DNA of 64,000 nucleotides from Octopus vulgaris (Eukaryota), in NCBI GenBank assembly GCA_951406725.2, contig OX597817.1:107384001-107448000 (forward strand). Reading direction: 5' to 3'. Position 1 is the stretch's first letter; the number at the start of each line of letters is the position of its first letter. Positions 14,592 to 26,544 of this stretch are shown one piece after another. A program made the translations under genes and the position numbers. A model generated the notes under the pieces. That model ran no database searches, was not told where the DNA came from, and saw only the letters and a list, made by a program, of their open reading frames with translations.

Positions 14592-14800
14592 TCTGTTCTT
14601 CAGGTACCCGTGGCTTTTGTGGGTTTTTCCATGACGTCCTTAAAGCGCTTACCCTATTGGGTGTTTAATTTGTGTAATTTTTAATTGTTATTTATATTGT
14701 GAACACGCGGAAACCTATTGTATCGTCCTGCTTTTGTATTTTATATTGTTACATGTCTTTTACTGTTATTTAATGTGAGCCCTTGAGGCCAATAAAAGAA
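14592..14800 (+). mobile_element. Probable LINE 3' UTR remnant
   Basis: T-rich segment ending GAGCCCTTGAGGCC-AATAAAAGAA, similar to the tail of the SINE copies at 29048-29073 and 46572-46598. Confidence 0.4.
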
Positions 14801-14805
14801 TTAGT

Positions 14806-14857
<52 letters not shown>

Positions 14858-14861
14858 ACTG

Positions 14862-14917
<56 letters not shown>

Positions 14918-14919
<2 letters not shown>

Positions 14920-15038
14920 GGCAATGAGCTGGCAGAATCTTTAGTACGCCGGACGAAATGCTGTCGTTACGTTGTAAGTTCAAATTCCACCGAGGTCGAC
15001 TTTGCCTTTCATCCTTTCGGGGTCGATAAATTAAGTAC
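14918..15038 (+). mobile_element. tRNA-derived SINE (GGCGGCGAGCTGGCAGAA family), 3'-truncated
   Basis: GAGCTGGCAGAATC A-box-like and GTTCAAATTCC B-box, then GAGGTCGACTTTGCCTTTCATCCTTTCGGGGTCGATAAA. Many relatives, e.g. 10850-10950(-), 20970-21120, 21200-21300, 50740-50890, 60678-60870 and 60885-61100. Confidence 0.85.
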
Positions 15039-15296
15039 TTCTTCTTCCTCTCCTCCTCCTCCTCCTCCTCCTCCTTCTTCTTCTTCTTCTTCTTCTTCTT
15101 CTTCTTCTTCTTCTTCTTCTTCTTCGTCTTCTTCTTCTTCTTCTTCTTCTTCTTCTTCTTCTTCTTCTTCTTCTTCTTCTTCTTCTTCTTCTTCTTCTTC
15201 TTCTTCAAGAACAATACATAAAGTTTTATATCTAAACTCCACACAAAATACCGGTTACAAGTTTTGGCATGTGTGCCACATACATTCACGACAGTC

Positions 15297-15374
<78 letters not shown>

Positions 15375-15375
15375 T

Positions 15376-16312
15376 AAAACGTCGCACAGTATCCAATATT
15401 TTGATGTTGATTGAAGATATTTTGTCTGCCGGAGGTTTGTACTGACTGTCAAGTCACAACAAGGACATCAGACAGACAGTACTTTACGCAATATGCGTGC
15501 AGTTCCAAGTAATGCCGATTTTTTGCAATACACCTTGATTGCAGGGTACTTCTAAATTTTCCAGATGTTTTTTTCAGATTGGGTGGTATTAAACCCAATA
15601 CTCCGATGACAATAAGGACAACCTTTATGTTTGACTCTCGTAGTTGTCACATCTTGGCGATCTCAATTCTCAGGTCTCCATATTTATCAACCTTTTCTCA
15701 TTCTTTCATGATAATATGTTGATCTGGCACTGCCACGTAGATTATTAGGCACTCTTGTTTGTTCCTCCTAAAGGTTACCATGTCCGGTCTTTCGGTGCTG
15801 AAAGTCAAAATCTCAGAGGATTTTTGCCTTCCCCTTTCCGTCCATTATCTTTTCCGCTGTCTTGAGTATTGCCCTCACCCTGCGTTAACCTTCTTTTCTG
15901 ATCCTTTCTCTCATCATTGACTGTTTAATTCAATCACGTTCCAATACCCCTAGGTATTTGTAGCTCTCCACTGGCTCTATCTCCTTTATGACATTGTTGG
16001 TCAAGATTAGATGTTGCTATCACTTTCCCTCTGATAAAGGTAACTTTTGCACATTTTTATCGAGGCGAAATTACATCCTGATGTCATCACTGAACTGTTT
16101 AACAATTGCTAGTAAGCCCTGTAGTTGTAAGCCATCTTTTGCAAAGAGCTTTACATCGTCCATATAAAAGAGATGATTTATATTTTTATCAAACTTTTTT
16201 TAGCCACATTGTACATCATCGAGCAATTTCGAGAGAGGTATTAAGGCTAGACAAAAGAGGGGTGGTGATAGAGAGTCACGTTGGGAAAAGCCGCATGAAA
16301 TTGTTATATCTC
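15376..16312 (-). mobile_element. 5'-truncated, internally deleted R4/Dong element
   Basis: Minus strand GFSQRDSLSPPLFCLAL, YKYLG (about 15950-15962) and RPDMV (about 15776-15790). 3' end abuts (TTA)n; 5' end abuts (CTT)n. Confidence 0.85.
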
Positions 16313-17114
16313 TTCTTTTTCTTCTTCTTCTTCTTCTTCTTCTTCTTCTTCTTCTTCTTCTTCTTCTTCTTCTTCTTCTTCTTCTTCTTCGTCGTCGTCG
16401 TCGTCGTCGTTCTTCTTCTTCTTCTTCTTCATTTTCTTCGTCGTCGTCGTCGTCTTCTTCTTCTTCTTCTTCTTCTTCTTCTTCTCGTCCTTCTTCTTCT
16501 TCTTCTTCTTCTTCTTCTTCTTCTTCTTCTTCTTCTTCTTCTTCTTCTTCTTCAAGAACAATACATAAAGTTTTATATCTAAACTCCACACAAAATACCG
16601 GTTACAAGTTTTGGCATGTGTGCCACATACATTCACGAGAGTCGTTAAGAATTTATTACCTTTATTCACTGCAATGAATATATTTATAAAATAACTTATT
16701 GTGTTTATTTATTATAATCCAATGCGAAGCCCATAAAATTTTACATGTATTAAAATTCAAATCAAGCTATTACTAACGACTTTGCATTAAATGTCAACTG
16801 ACACTGTAACCTATTGCTAGCATGTAACCATGCACAGTGAGATAGTGGCATAGTAGATACAGAAAGTGAGTACAGTGGTTTGTATTAATACAGCGTAAAT
16901 TTAACTAGTTAAGCAGAAGCACTTAGAACATGTCATTTAGTTGTTATTTTAGTATTAGTATCAATATTTCTTGAGCTGGTTAATCACTGGTTCTACTGAC
17001 GTTACTTTACAATGGATTTAAATAGAACGGTTCTCCTAACCGAATGCAAGCTTCCTGCATTTGTGTTTTGTCTAATATGTATACTAAACACTAAATGCAT
17101 ATAAATTCAGCAGA

Positions 17115-17164
<50 letters not shown>

Positions 17165-17310
17165 GAAGAAGAAGAAGAAGAACAATAGAGATGTAAGAAT
17201 TTCATGTGGCATTTACCAAGGTGACCCTCTATCACCATTCCTCTTTTTTCTAGCCTTAATAGAAAAGTACCCATTTGTATTTTAGTAAATAGGTAATGTC
17301 AGTTCATTGA

Positions 17311-17626
17311 AGGTGCATGGCTTAGTGGTTAGGGTATTCGGTTGACGATCGTAAGGTTATGAGTTCGATTCCAGGCGGCACGTTGTGTCCTTTTGCAAGG
17401 CACTTTATTTCATGTTGTTGCAGTCCACTCAGCTGGTAAAAATGAGTAGTACCTGTATTTCAAAGAATCATCTTTGTCATCCTGTGTCACACTGAATCTC
17501 CTGGAGAACTACATTTAGAGTACACGTGTCTGTAGAATGCTCAGCCACTTGCACATTAATTTCATGAGCAGGCTGTTTCGCTGATCGGATCAACCGGAAC
17601 CCTCGTCGTAACCGACGGAGTGTCAG
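17311..17626 (+). mobile_element. tRNA-derived SINE (third family); second copy 18911-19192
   Basis: TGGCTTAGTGGTTAG A box and GTTCGATTCC B box, a CORE-like TGTGTCCTT..GCAAGGCACTT segment and a tail ending GTAACCGACGGAGTG. Confidence 0.85.
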
Positions 17627-18079
17627 TTAGTTAATGCCAGTTCTTCAATAAAACATTTAACTAACGAGTATTAATACACCAAATTTCCAACAATTCACTG
17701 TTATCTTGTGTAGATATTTTCTGCTTGTCAGAAACCATTAGTTTCAGGTTTAATTTCACCTTAAATTCAATGCAGAAGTCTAGGACATCCTAATAAGTAT
17801 AACTTTTAACAAACCCAATATGTTATCTTTAAAACCAGTATAATATATAAGTAAATAAGTAAATAACAAAAAACATACTCTACGTAGGAGAGAGAAAAAT
17901 AAGATCTTATGTAATACCTTTGCAATGATCTTAACCCATTTCACGAAATTGAAGCGTTTAATTAAACAGACATAAGCCGTTCTTTTTATTTATTTAGAAA
18001 AACAGTTGTTAGGAAGGTAATATGGTTGAGGTGAGGTTTCGAATTTGTAAGTAAAGATTCATATCACGCTACATTTTGA

Positions 18080-18700
18080 TAATATATCGACCTGGGTCAT
18101 GTAATTCTATTTGCCTTATTTTACCTTAACAGAGTTAATTACCAGTCTTTTGTCGATGTCTGGCGCTAGACTATAGGCCTTATCATCTCTGAATGAGTCT
18201 TCTTCTGTACACATATTCTCAATACAGCAAAGATTGGCTTTCTTCGGAGTCAGAAAATGCTATTTCCAGCAACAGATGTACAAAGCAACGCAGATGATTG
18301 ACATAAAGTTCCTTCTCGGCACACTCCGTTCATTGATCCACAGGCGTGCTGTCTCCCCACTCTACTTTTTCTAAGATATTACTATGGTCTTTGGTCTTCA
18401 GAAAGGGATGACCTCATTCTACCACCAGTCGAGCACACCTCACTTCCTCATCTTCCCTCCTAAAATTTAGGTAACTCAAGTCGAAAGCTAAAATCCTCAC
18501 TAATCATTACTTCGAGGTCTTTTTGAGGACATTAACCTGGAGAATTCCTTCTCTATTCTTCTTCTTCCTGCAACTATAGACTTGCATCTGTTTAAAAAGA
18601 AAATAAACCGTGTTGATTTTACCACACTCGGAAAACCTGTGAAAGCCATCGACACAGCCTCTTCCTTATAATGAACAGAGTCCTGTCCGTTAGGCATATT
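18080..18700 (+). mobile_element. Heavily decayed 3' end of a Jockey/CR1-type LINE
   Basis: Broken frames give LIHRRAVS..YF..YYYG and NHY..F...DLHLFKKKIN, resembling LINE ORF2 C-termini. Confidence 0.45.
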
Positions 18701-19883
18701 AGTTCCTCATCAACTACAAAAATTTAGATTTAGTTCCAGTCTTATGAACACATGTGCCTGCATGTTTCAGTTATGGATTCATTTTAACTTGAGTTACTTC
18801 CATAAATCTGGCTACTGTCATCTGCTCACTCATCTTACAATCTTATGTCTTGAAGGTGTGTAAAAAAATCTGATTTATATGATTAACTTCGAATTTTTAA
18901 CCCCTGCTTTGGCACATAGCTTAATGGCTAGGGTATTCGGCTCACGATCGTAGGTTCGATTCCCAAGGGCGCATTGCGTCCTTTAGCAAGGTACTTAATT
19001 TCTCGTTCATTTCTAGTTCAATGGGTCAGCCGTGTCGCATTCGATGTGACATGCTGAATTTCCATGAGAACTATGTTAAGAGCATGTATGTCTGTGGAAT
19101 GCTCAGCTACTGGCAAGTTGATTTTGTTATCAGGTTGTTCAAATGATCGGATCAACAAGAACACTCATCGTTGTAACCGACAGAGAGCCAGCCGACCTCT
19201 CCCGACCTTAAATAGTCAGGTTAGCACTTAGTGTGTATCTTCTAAATCGGAAAAAAATTAATATAGTTTCTTTGACATAAGAATATAATGATAATTACTG
19301 GGATCTTTTAGTCTCATCTCCAAGTTGAGTTCACTATGAAAGACTGGTTTGTAAGTTGTCTGACTCCATCTAAAATAATAATCACATGGCAAACCTATTC
19401 TTTACAGAGAAAACGGATAAGAAAAACTCGTAAGATACTACAATGGATGTCGTTCACTATGAAAGCTAATTATCTCAAGCAATCTTATCGATATAAAACA
19501 CTCGGGAGAATTGATTTTTTTCTTTCTTTTTTATGTTTCTTATTTTCTTTCTTTTTATCTTTCTTACTTTCTTTTTTCTTTATTATATAAAGTTGTTTGT
19601 GCCTTTATATACCATCGGGTCAGTTAGTATTTATACTAATATTATAATTAAAGAAAACTTTTATGCATATATGTCCACATGTTACCCGCCTCCACCGCTA
19701 CCCTACAACAAAATACTTATTATAGAATGTAATGCCTAATATCATGTCTCGTAAAAGCCAGACATCTATATTGTTCTAGATTTTGTGAACCTTAAGTTGT
19801 TTCTGTTGACCAAATAAAACATGTAATCAAACATAATTTCACAGTTCTGCATATTCGTGTAGAGCTTTCACAACATTGTTTAT

Positions 19884-19933
<50 letters not shown>

Positions 19934-20384
19934 TTCAGATTCATCACTGAACAAAGATAATTTACTACAGTAATAATGATTAAGTATTGTAATAAAGCAA
20001 ACAGCCACAGCTCTTCTGAATTCAATTATGTAAATTATATGAGAAAATTGACTGTCTTTTCAAGCAATGCTATTTCTTTGATCTTTTCGAAAGACATTTG
20101 TAATTCTTTTTGTTAGCTATTATTGTTCTTCAGAATTGTTAAACTAACTTGCTTAGGAAATTTGTTGTTAAACACCTTCTATAATTCTTATAAAGTCATA
20201 TTTTGAATTTATCTTCATACAGGCGTGGCTGTGTGGGTAAGAAGTTTACTTCCCAACCATATGGTCTTAGGTTCAATCCCATAGTGTGGCACCTTGGGTA
20301 AATGTCTTCTACTATGACCCCGAGCCGACAAAAGCCTAGTGGGTGGATTTAGCTGACGGATACATACATACATACATACATACA

Positions 20385-20415
<31 letters not shown>

Positions 20416-22523
20416 CTGTATATGTATGTATATCTGTACGTATGTCAGTGTCTTTGTCTTATGTCCTCTTGACAAATAGTGTTGGTTTGTTTACGTCCCC
20501 GTAAGTTATCGGTTCGGCAAAACATACCGATAGAATAAGTACCAGACTTTGAGAATCAGTACTGGGGTCGATTTTTCCGACTGATCCCTTCAAGGCGGTA
20601 CCACAGCCTGACTGTAGTCCAATGACTAAAAGAAAAAAAAAATCAGAATCTGTTAGTGACAAAAAAGAAAAAAAGAAAAGAAAAGTAAGGAATATATTTA
20701 AGGATGTATGTTCCCACAGAATTACACAACGAAAAAGTTACGTCAATGTTAACATTTTGTCGATATGAAGTCGATTTATTTCTATTCCTTTTGGTATCAT
20801 TAAAATAAAGTAGCAGTCAAAGGTGGTGCTGTCACATGGCCGCAGTCCAGTGACTGAAACAAGTAAAAGGCAAAATATAAAATAAACTACCGGTGTCCAC
20901 TTCAATTGAAAATATCCATCTAACGAATTTGGGGCTTTGTGTCAGTATTGGGAATCAATATATATCATGTCCTACGTTCAAATCCTGAGGAGGTAGATTT
21001 TTATCTTTCATCCTTCTGAAGGTCGATAAAATAATTACTAGTCAATTACTGGAGTCGATTAAATTGATTGTAATCCGCTCTACTAGTTGAGTTGTCTTGT
21101 GCTAAGGTTACAAATCGATACCTATTGCAAGACCGATGATTGGCTGATCGGTAGAGCGTGGGGCAACAAGCTTCGCCTATTAAGTTACGCACAACCTTTT
21201 ATGTAGTGTTCAAATCTCACCGAACTCAACTTTGCTTTTAATTCCCCCTGGATCGATAAAATAAAATACCAATAATGTAACAGACTGTACCTAACTGACT
21301 ATCCCTCCGTCCAATTAATCAATGTTTCCTCTCTTTTTTTAAACAGTATAGTATGATTTTGAGGGATATTTGGTTGTTATTTGTAACCAAGTTAGCAACG
21401 GTGTAGAGACACTTGCAGAAATGTTAAGTATAGAGTGCGTATAATTGTAGATGAAGAGGAGGTTCGATTCTCAATTGTATCTATTTCACTTGTTCTGGTG
21501 ATGTATTTTGGAAAAATATTAACTTCACAATTTCCATAGCTCTACCAATTTATGTTAATTTATTCACCGGTCGATGGATTTATCTATACACATACACTTC
21601 GCTCTGCTAGCTGCACACTAGCCAGTTTTATAATTATGGATGCAAGTACACCTAGCGTGTGTGTATGTATGCATTTATGTTTGTTTGTATGTATGTATGT
21701 ATGTATGTATGTATGTATGTATGTATGTATGTATGTATTTATGAATGTATGTATGTATGTACGTACGTACCTATGTATGCGTGTGTATGTGTGTGTGTAT
21801 CAACATATTCAAGTTTATCCTTTATGCAAAAGTACTCGTTGACTGTTAAGTGGCGAATATTTATTAATTCTATACAAGATAAAACTAGACTATTGCACCT
21901 ATTGAAAATCAGAGTTGCGGTGGTGATACAGAAAAGGGTGTTACAGCAACATGTGAAAAACGTTCCCTATAAATTTCTGCAAGCTGTTTATAATCAACAC
22001 AATGATCATATTTACTTCATATTTGATGAAAGCTCACTTCTGTTTACTGGGCGAAGCCACATCTAATATCTCTGGATTTTGATAAGTTGCCAATCCTGAT
22101 GTCAGAATATTATACACATGATAATAATTCGCTTGTAAATAAACTAACAACTAACCAGTAATAAACACTATCACATGAATTCTTTATACGCATGCTCCAA
22201 ATCTCACGTCATAAATGGACGATTTGCTTTTGGGTTTGAGTGCATAACTACGTCTATATTCATAAAAAATATATATTTAACTAATCAATATTTAGGAGAT
22301 AGACTTTGTGCTTGCTCAGACTCGGCTTTCAGATTGTATGAAAATATCTAATCTAGTTCACTTTTAGTTGGTCAATGTTGTCGTTTACAGTCATCAATCA
22401 TATATTTCGATTCACAGTGTTTACGCACACACGTGTCCGCGTCACGTGTGCGTATACACGTATATGTACAGACAAGTATGTACACAGACGTATGCGCAAA
22501 TGCATGCATACATGCACATAGAT

Positions 22524-22585
<62 letters not shown>

Positions 22586-22593
22586 ACACACAT

Positions 22594-22629
<36 letters not shown>

Positions 22630-23248
22630 TGGGGTGATTATAAATAGGAAAAAAGCAACAAGAATGGATTAAAATCTCGGAAAATCCGAGCAAGACTCGC
22701 AGATAAGTTCGATTTTTTTTGGAGATCTGATGAAAAAGTCTTGAACTTACAAAAATATTTTCGCTAATATTTTCGCTAATATTTTCTCCCTAATATTTTC
22801 GCATGATTGTACCTTAAATCCCTCCACAAAACCGGATTACGAACTATAAGGACATACACAAATTTTGTAAGTTCAAGACTTTTTCATCAGATCTCCAAAA
22901 AAAAATCGAACTTATCTGCGATTCTTGTTAATTTCAATAACAATCTATTCTTCTACACGACATGACAGTCACTATGTTTTTACTCAGACTTTCCTCTACA
23001 TGGTGTGGCAGTCACTTTGCCTCTTACTCGGATTTTCAGAAATTTTGCATGTCTGTATCCGAAAATTTCTTCATACAACTTGATCAAATATCCAATATGA
23101 ACTATATGCATACATTCTATAGGTTTAAAACCTTTCATCAGATCTCCATGAATCGAACTTTCTTCAATGCAGTTAATCCTACAACCTCTTTTATATCTAC
23201 CCCTTTTGATGTTTGGGAAGATTTTAATCCATTCTTGTTGCTTTTTTC

Positions 23249-23257
<9 letters not shown>
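22630..23257. mobile_element. Patchwork foldback insertion in (TA)n
   Basis: Three nested inverted pairs: 22639-22677/23219-23257, 22680-22695/23022-23037 and 22698-22754/22863-22920. (TA)n on both sides. Confidence 0.85.
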
Positions 23258-23285
<28 letters not shown>

Positions 23286-23342
23286 GAAAATAGTAATGCA
23301 ATACGAGAGTATTGCTTTCCAGTAAAGGATAGAGCCCGTAAA

Positions 23343-23536
23343 TATGTATGTATGTATGTATGTATGAATGTATGTATGTACGTACCTATGTATGCGTGTG
23401 TGTGTGTGTGTGTATCAACATATTCAAGTTTATCCTTTATGCAAAAGTTCTCGTTGACTGTTAAGTGGCGAATATTTATTAATTCTATACAAGATAAAAC
23501 TAGACTATTGCACCTATTGAAGAGCAGAGTTGCGGT
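23343..23536 (+). repeat. Direct duplicate of about 21725-21921, bracketed by pieces of the 25712-26309 family
   Basis: The unique sequence TATCAACATATTCAAG...CAGAGTTGCGGT is nearly identical at both sites. Confidence 0.92.
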
Positions 23537-23570
23537 AAATATCGGTAGTTCGTTGTGCCATTTATTTACT

Positions 23571-23604
<34 letters not shown>

Positions 23605-24451
23605 CACACATCACGTTAGTGCTAGCGAACAGGTGAAAAACGACTCCGTACCAGAAGTTGAGTTTATATATTTTAATTCGGTCAGCCAAACCTAAACAGG
23701 CAATTTGTTGACATAATTAAAGTACATACACAAACTTATACACAAGCAAAACCTACAAGAATAAATACATTCATACATGCATACGTTAATAATCAGTTGA
23801 GATATGACGTAAAGGAATGGCAACAAACACACTTACCCACACATACAACACACTAGAGTGGTGTTACGAATTAGGCAAGCCAGACGGTCGCCTATGGTAC
23901 CAATTTCTAGGAGTGTTACATAAATTCTGAATAACTAGGAGAAAATTTCTTCATCCAATGGAAAACACGAAAACTTAGTAAATAAAGAGAGTGGGTGAAG
24001 TCACACCCGGAACAAAATTTTAGTTGAAAGTTGAATCGTCGTAACTGAAGTATTGATACAATACTGAATTAATATAACATTTATTGTACACTGCCGCTCC
24101 TGGTTGTATTTTGCGAACATTGATTTCCTGCTGCGATTCTGTTGCGTCACATCATGTGCAAATGTTATTTTTCAAAGCCGCGGGTCGAAATAGGCAAGTA
24201 GAAACCATACCGAAGCCTGTCAGATGAACTTTACCTGTTATTCAAAGGTCCAACTGTGTCATACAGTCCCGAACTGATTATGCCTGAAAATGAAGTGGAG
24301 GACACTTATGCCTGTGGTATAGTCAGTTACTTATACGCTAAATCAATGAGTCTTGTGGTTCAGTTCATCGAAAACTGAACACTAATGGTTAGATATTAGA
24401 ACCGAGATAGAATGATAGATATATAGATAGATAGATAGCTAGCTAGCTAGC

Positions 24452-24501
<50 letters not shown>

Positions 24502-24795
24502 CATACATACATACATACATACATACATACATACATACATACATACATACATACATACATACATGCATACATACATACATGGCAAGCCTAGAATGCCGTA
24601 TCTGAAAGTGTAATCAGTGCAAGCACCTTACCTAATTAAAACTTAAAAACGAAGTTCTGTGTCACCTAGAGGCCTATATCAGTGCTTTTCAAACTATCTG
24701 ATGTGGCGAACCGGCAGTTTGTTTTCTCCAATGTGCTAGGGACCGGCAATAATTTTTAGTAACATTAATTTATACTGGAAACAATATATATAATA

Positions 24796-25509
24796 ACGAC
24801 GTAAGGGGTATCAGCCATCTGAATGTGGCTAGGGACTGGGCGGGGTGGTGGGGTTTTACTGATGCTTTTAGCCCCAGGCGATCAACGTCACCAGAAGGAC
24901 TGACACTATCTCAGTGTCCTTGTTTGTTTGTAAAGATCCGGGTACTACATACGGACTAGTTTCGAGGTCATTGCCTCTTGTCAACGTATGGTAAGCACCG
25001 GTCTTCGATGAAGGATTCCCTCTACAAACAATATATATAACGTTTTTCACAGTAACCACTGTCACTGATGTAGAAAAACTGTCTGAAAACAATAATAAAT
25101 CTCTGAACGAGATATAAACAGTAACTGCTCGACAACGTAAGGGGTATCAGCCATCTGAATGTGGCTAGGGACTGGGCGAGGTGGTGGGGTGTTACTGATG
25201 ATCAGTGACAGTGGTTACTGTGAAAAACGTTATATATATTGTTTGTAGAGGGAATCCTTCATCGAAGACCGGTGCTTACCATACGTTGACAAGAGGCAAT
25301 GACCTCGAAACTAGTCCGTATGTAGTACCCGGATCTTTACAAACAAACAAGGACACTGAGATAGTGTCAGTCCTTCTGGTGACGTTGATCGCCTGGGGCT
25401 AAAAGCATCAGTAAAACCCCACCACCCCGCCCAGTCCCTAGCCACATTCAGATGGCTGATACCCCTTACGTTGTCGAGCAGTTACTGTTTATATCTCGTT
25501 CAGAGATTT
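24796..25509. mobile_element. Young HHR-bearing foldback element (PLE-type inverted terminus) with 13-bp TSD
   Basis: Arms 24799-25069 and 25201-25471 are apparently identical reverse complements (the ORF track gives the same peptide on both strands). An extra partial arm at 25096-25200 pairs with 25405-25510. AATATATATAATA is duplicated at 24783-24795 and 25510-25522. Confidence 0.9.
25280..25322 (+). ncRNA. Minimal type I hammerhead, U3-A8 core variant; antisense twin 24948-24990
   Basis: CATACG-TTGACAA-GAGG(CAATGA)CCTC-GAAA-CTAG-TC-CGTATG: 6-bp stem I, 4-bp stem II, palindromic ACTAGT stem III and a GUC site. Confidence 0.88.
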
Positions 25510-25711
25510 AATATATATAATAGATATAATAAAAGTTGACAATTTTTTTCTATCTTATATTCATTTTGTAAACAAATAATACAATATTACATAAGCATTT
25601 TATAAACATTTTATAATTTCATTCTTTTCTGGAAACTTGCCGCGTACTGGCAGCTGATGGCTCGCGGACCACCACTCTGAGTAGCACTGACCTATTTGAC
25701 AGTATGTGTTA

Positions 25712-26309
25712 TACATATAAAAGTATATAAATGGTACAACGAAGTACCGATATTTACTGGAAAATAGCGATCGTAATAAATACGACGCTATTGTATAGCT
25801 TCACTGCGTATATACTAGCAAAGACGTGTGTGTGCAACAAACATGAAAAAAATTTGTCTTACCTCTAGGAAGAACATCTGAAAAATGAAAAACCTAGAAA
25901 CGGATAATGCTTTCATTGAAACTTCTTCATTGTTCTCGTTCTGTTAACGTTTTGGCGTTCAGACGAGTGTACTGGCATAGATGTGGCAACATTTGAAATT
26001 TTGTCTATGTATATGCAGCTGATGAGGACAAATCAAATCTACGTTGTCAAACGTATTTGAAGAGTCTGAAACCGGTCCTGCATTATCCGTTTCTAGGTTT
26101 TTCATTTTTCATGTTTGTTGCACACACACATCTTTGCTAGTATATACGCAGTGAAGCTATACAATAGCGTCGTATTTATTACGATCGCTATTTTCCAGTA
26201 AATATCGGTATTTCGTTGTACCATTTATTTACTTTTATATGTATAATTTTACCCTTACGGGCTATCTTTTACTGGAAAGCAATACTTTCGTATTGCATTA
26301 CTATTTTCA
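25712..26309. mobile_element. HHR-bearing foldback element with 16-bp TSD
   Basis: Arms about 25711-25910 and 26080-26243 (the left arm has extra sequence between TGAAAAA repeats), then an unpaired tail 26244-26309. TTGACAGTATGTGTTA is duplicated at 25696-25711 and 26310-26325. Confidence 0.9.
26013..26083 (+). ncRNA. Type I hammerhead with extended stem II
   Basis: ATGCAG-CTGATGA-GGAC..TCAAA..TACGT(loop)ACGTA-TTTGA..GTCT-GAAA-CCGG-TC-CTGCAT. Canonical core and palindromic ACCGGT stem III. Confidence 0.9.
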
Positions 26310-26544
26310 TTGACAGTATGTGTTAGGTAGGAGAAAGGGATACACAACTCACAGTTATTTTAGGTGTATCCCAGAGACAAAAACAACAATGTAACTTAAG
26401 TTTAAATCATGATTGTCGCGACATGTCAATGTTCTAGATGTCTTTGACTATAATGGGTATTTTGGATTGGATACCACTCCATCTTCTACTTACAAGAAAG
26501 AAATGTAAGCAAACAACTGGATAACCTGATTCCATTATTCCCGA

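Larger units (their letters stand above)
24680..25689. mobile_element. hAT (Charlie-like) MITE interrupted by an HHR foldback
   Basis: Termini CAGTGCTTTTCAAA and ACTCTGAGTAGCACTG. Imperfect 8-bp TSD GCCTATAT / ACCTATTT with central TA. Confidence 0.7.

Noticed and set aside
16575-16640. HHR-like GGCA/TGCC hairpin with ACCGGTA on the minus strand
   Set aside because: No CUGANGA-like core.
14801-16669. Poly-K/E/R/N ORFs
   Set aside because: Products of (CTT)n and (TTA)n triplet repeats.
17311-17385. Possible tRNA genes (also 3663 and 14918)
   Set aside because: A and B boxes are present but there is no full cloverleaf; they are SINE heads.
22667-22733. CTGATGA motifs in the patchwork foldback (also minus strand near 22890 and 23140)
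   Set aside because: No properly placed stem II plus GAAA. The partial match spans patchwork junctions and has extra bases at the cleavage position.
24868-25402. Identical peptide encoded on both strands
   Set aside because: A consequence of the inverted repeat; the conserved feature is the RNA fold.
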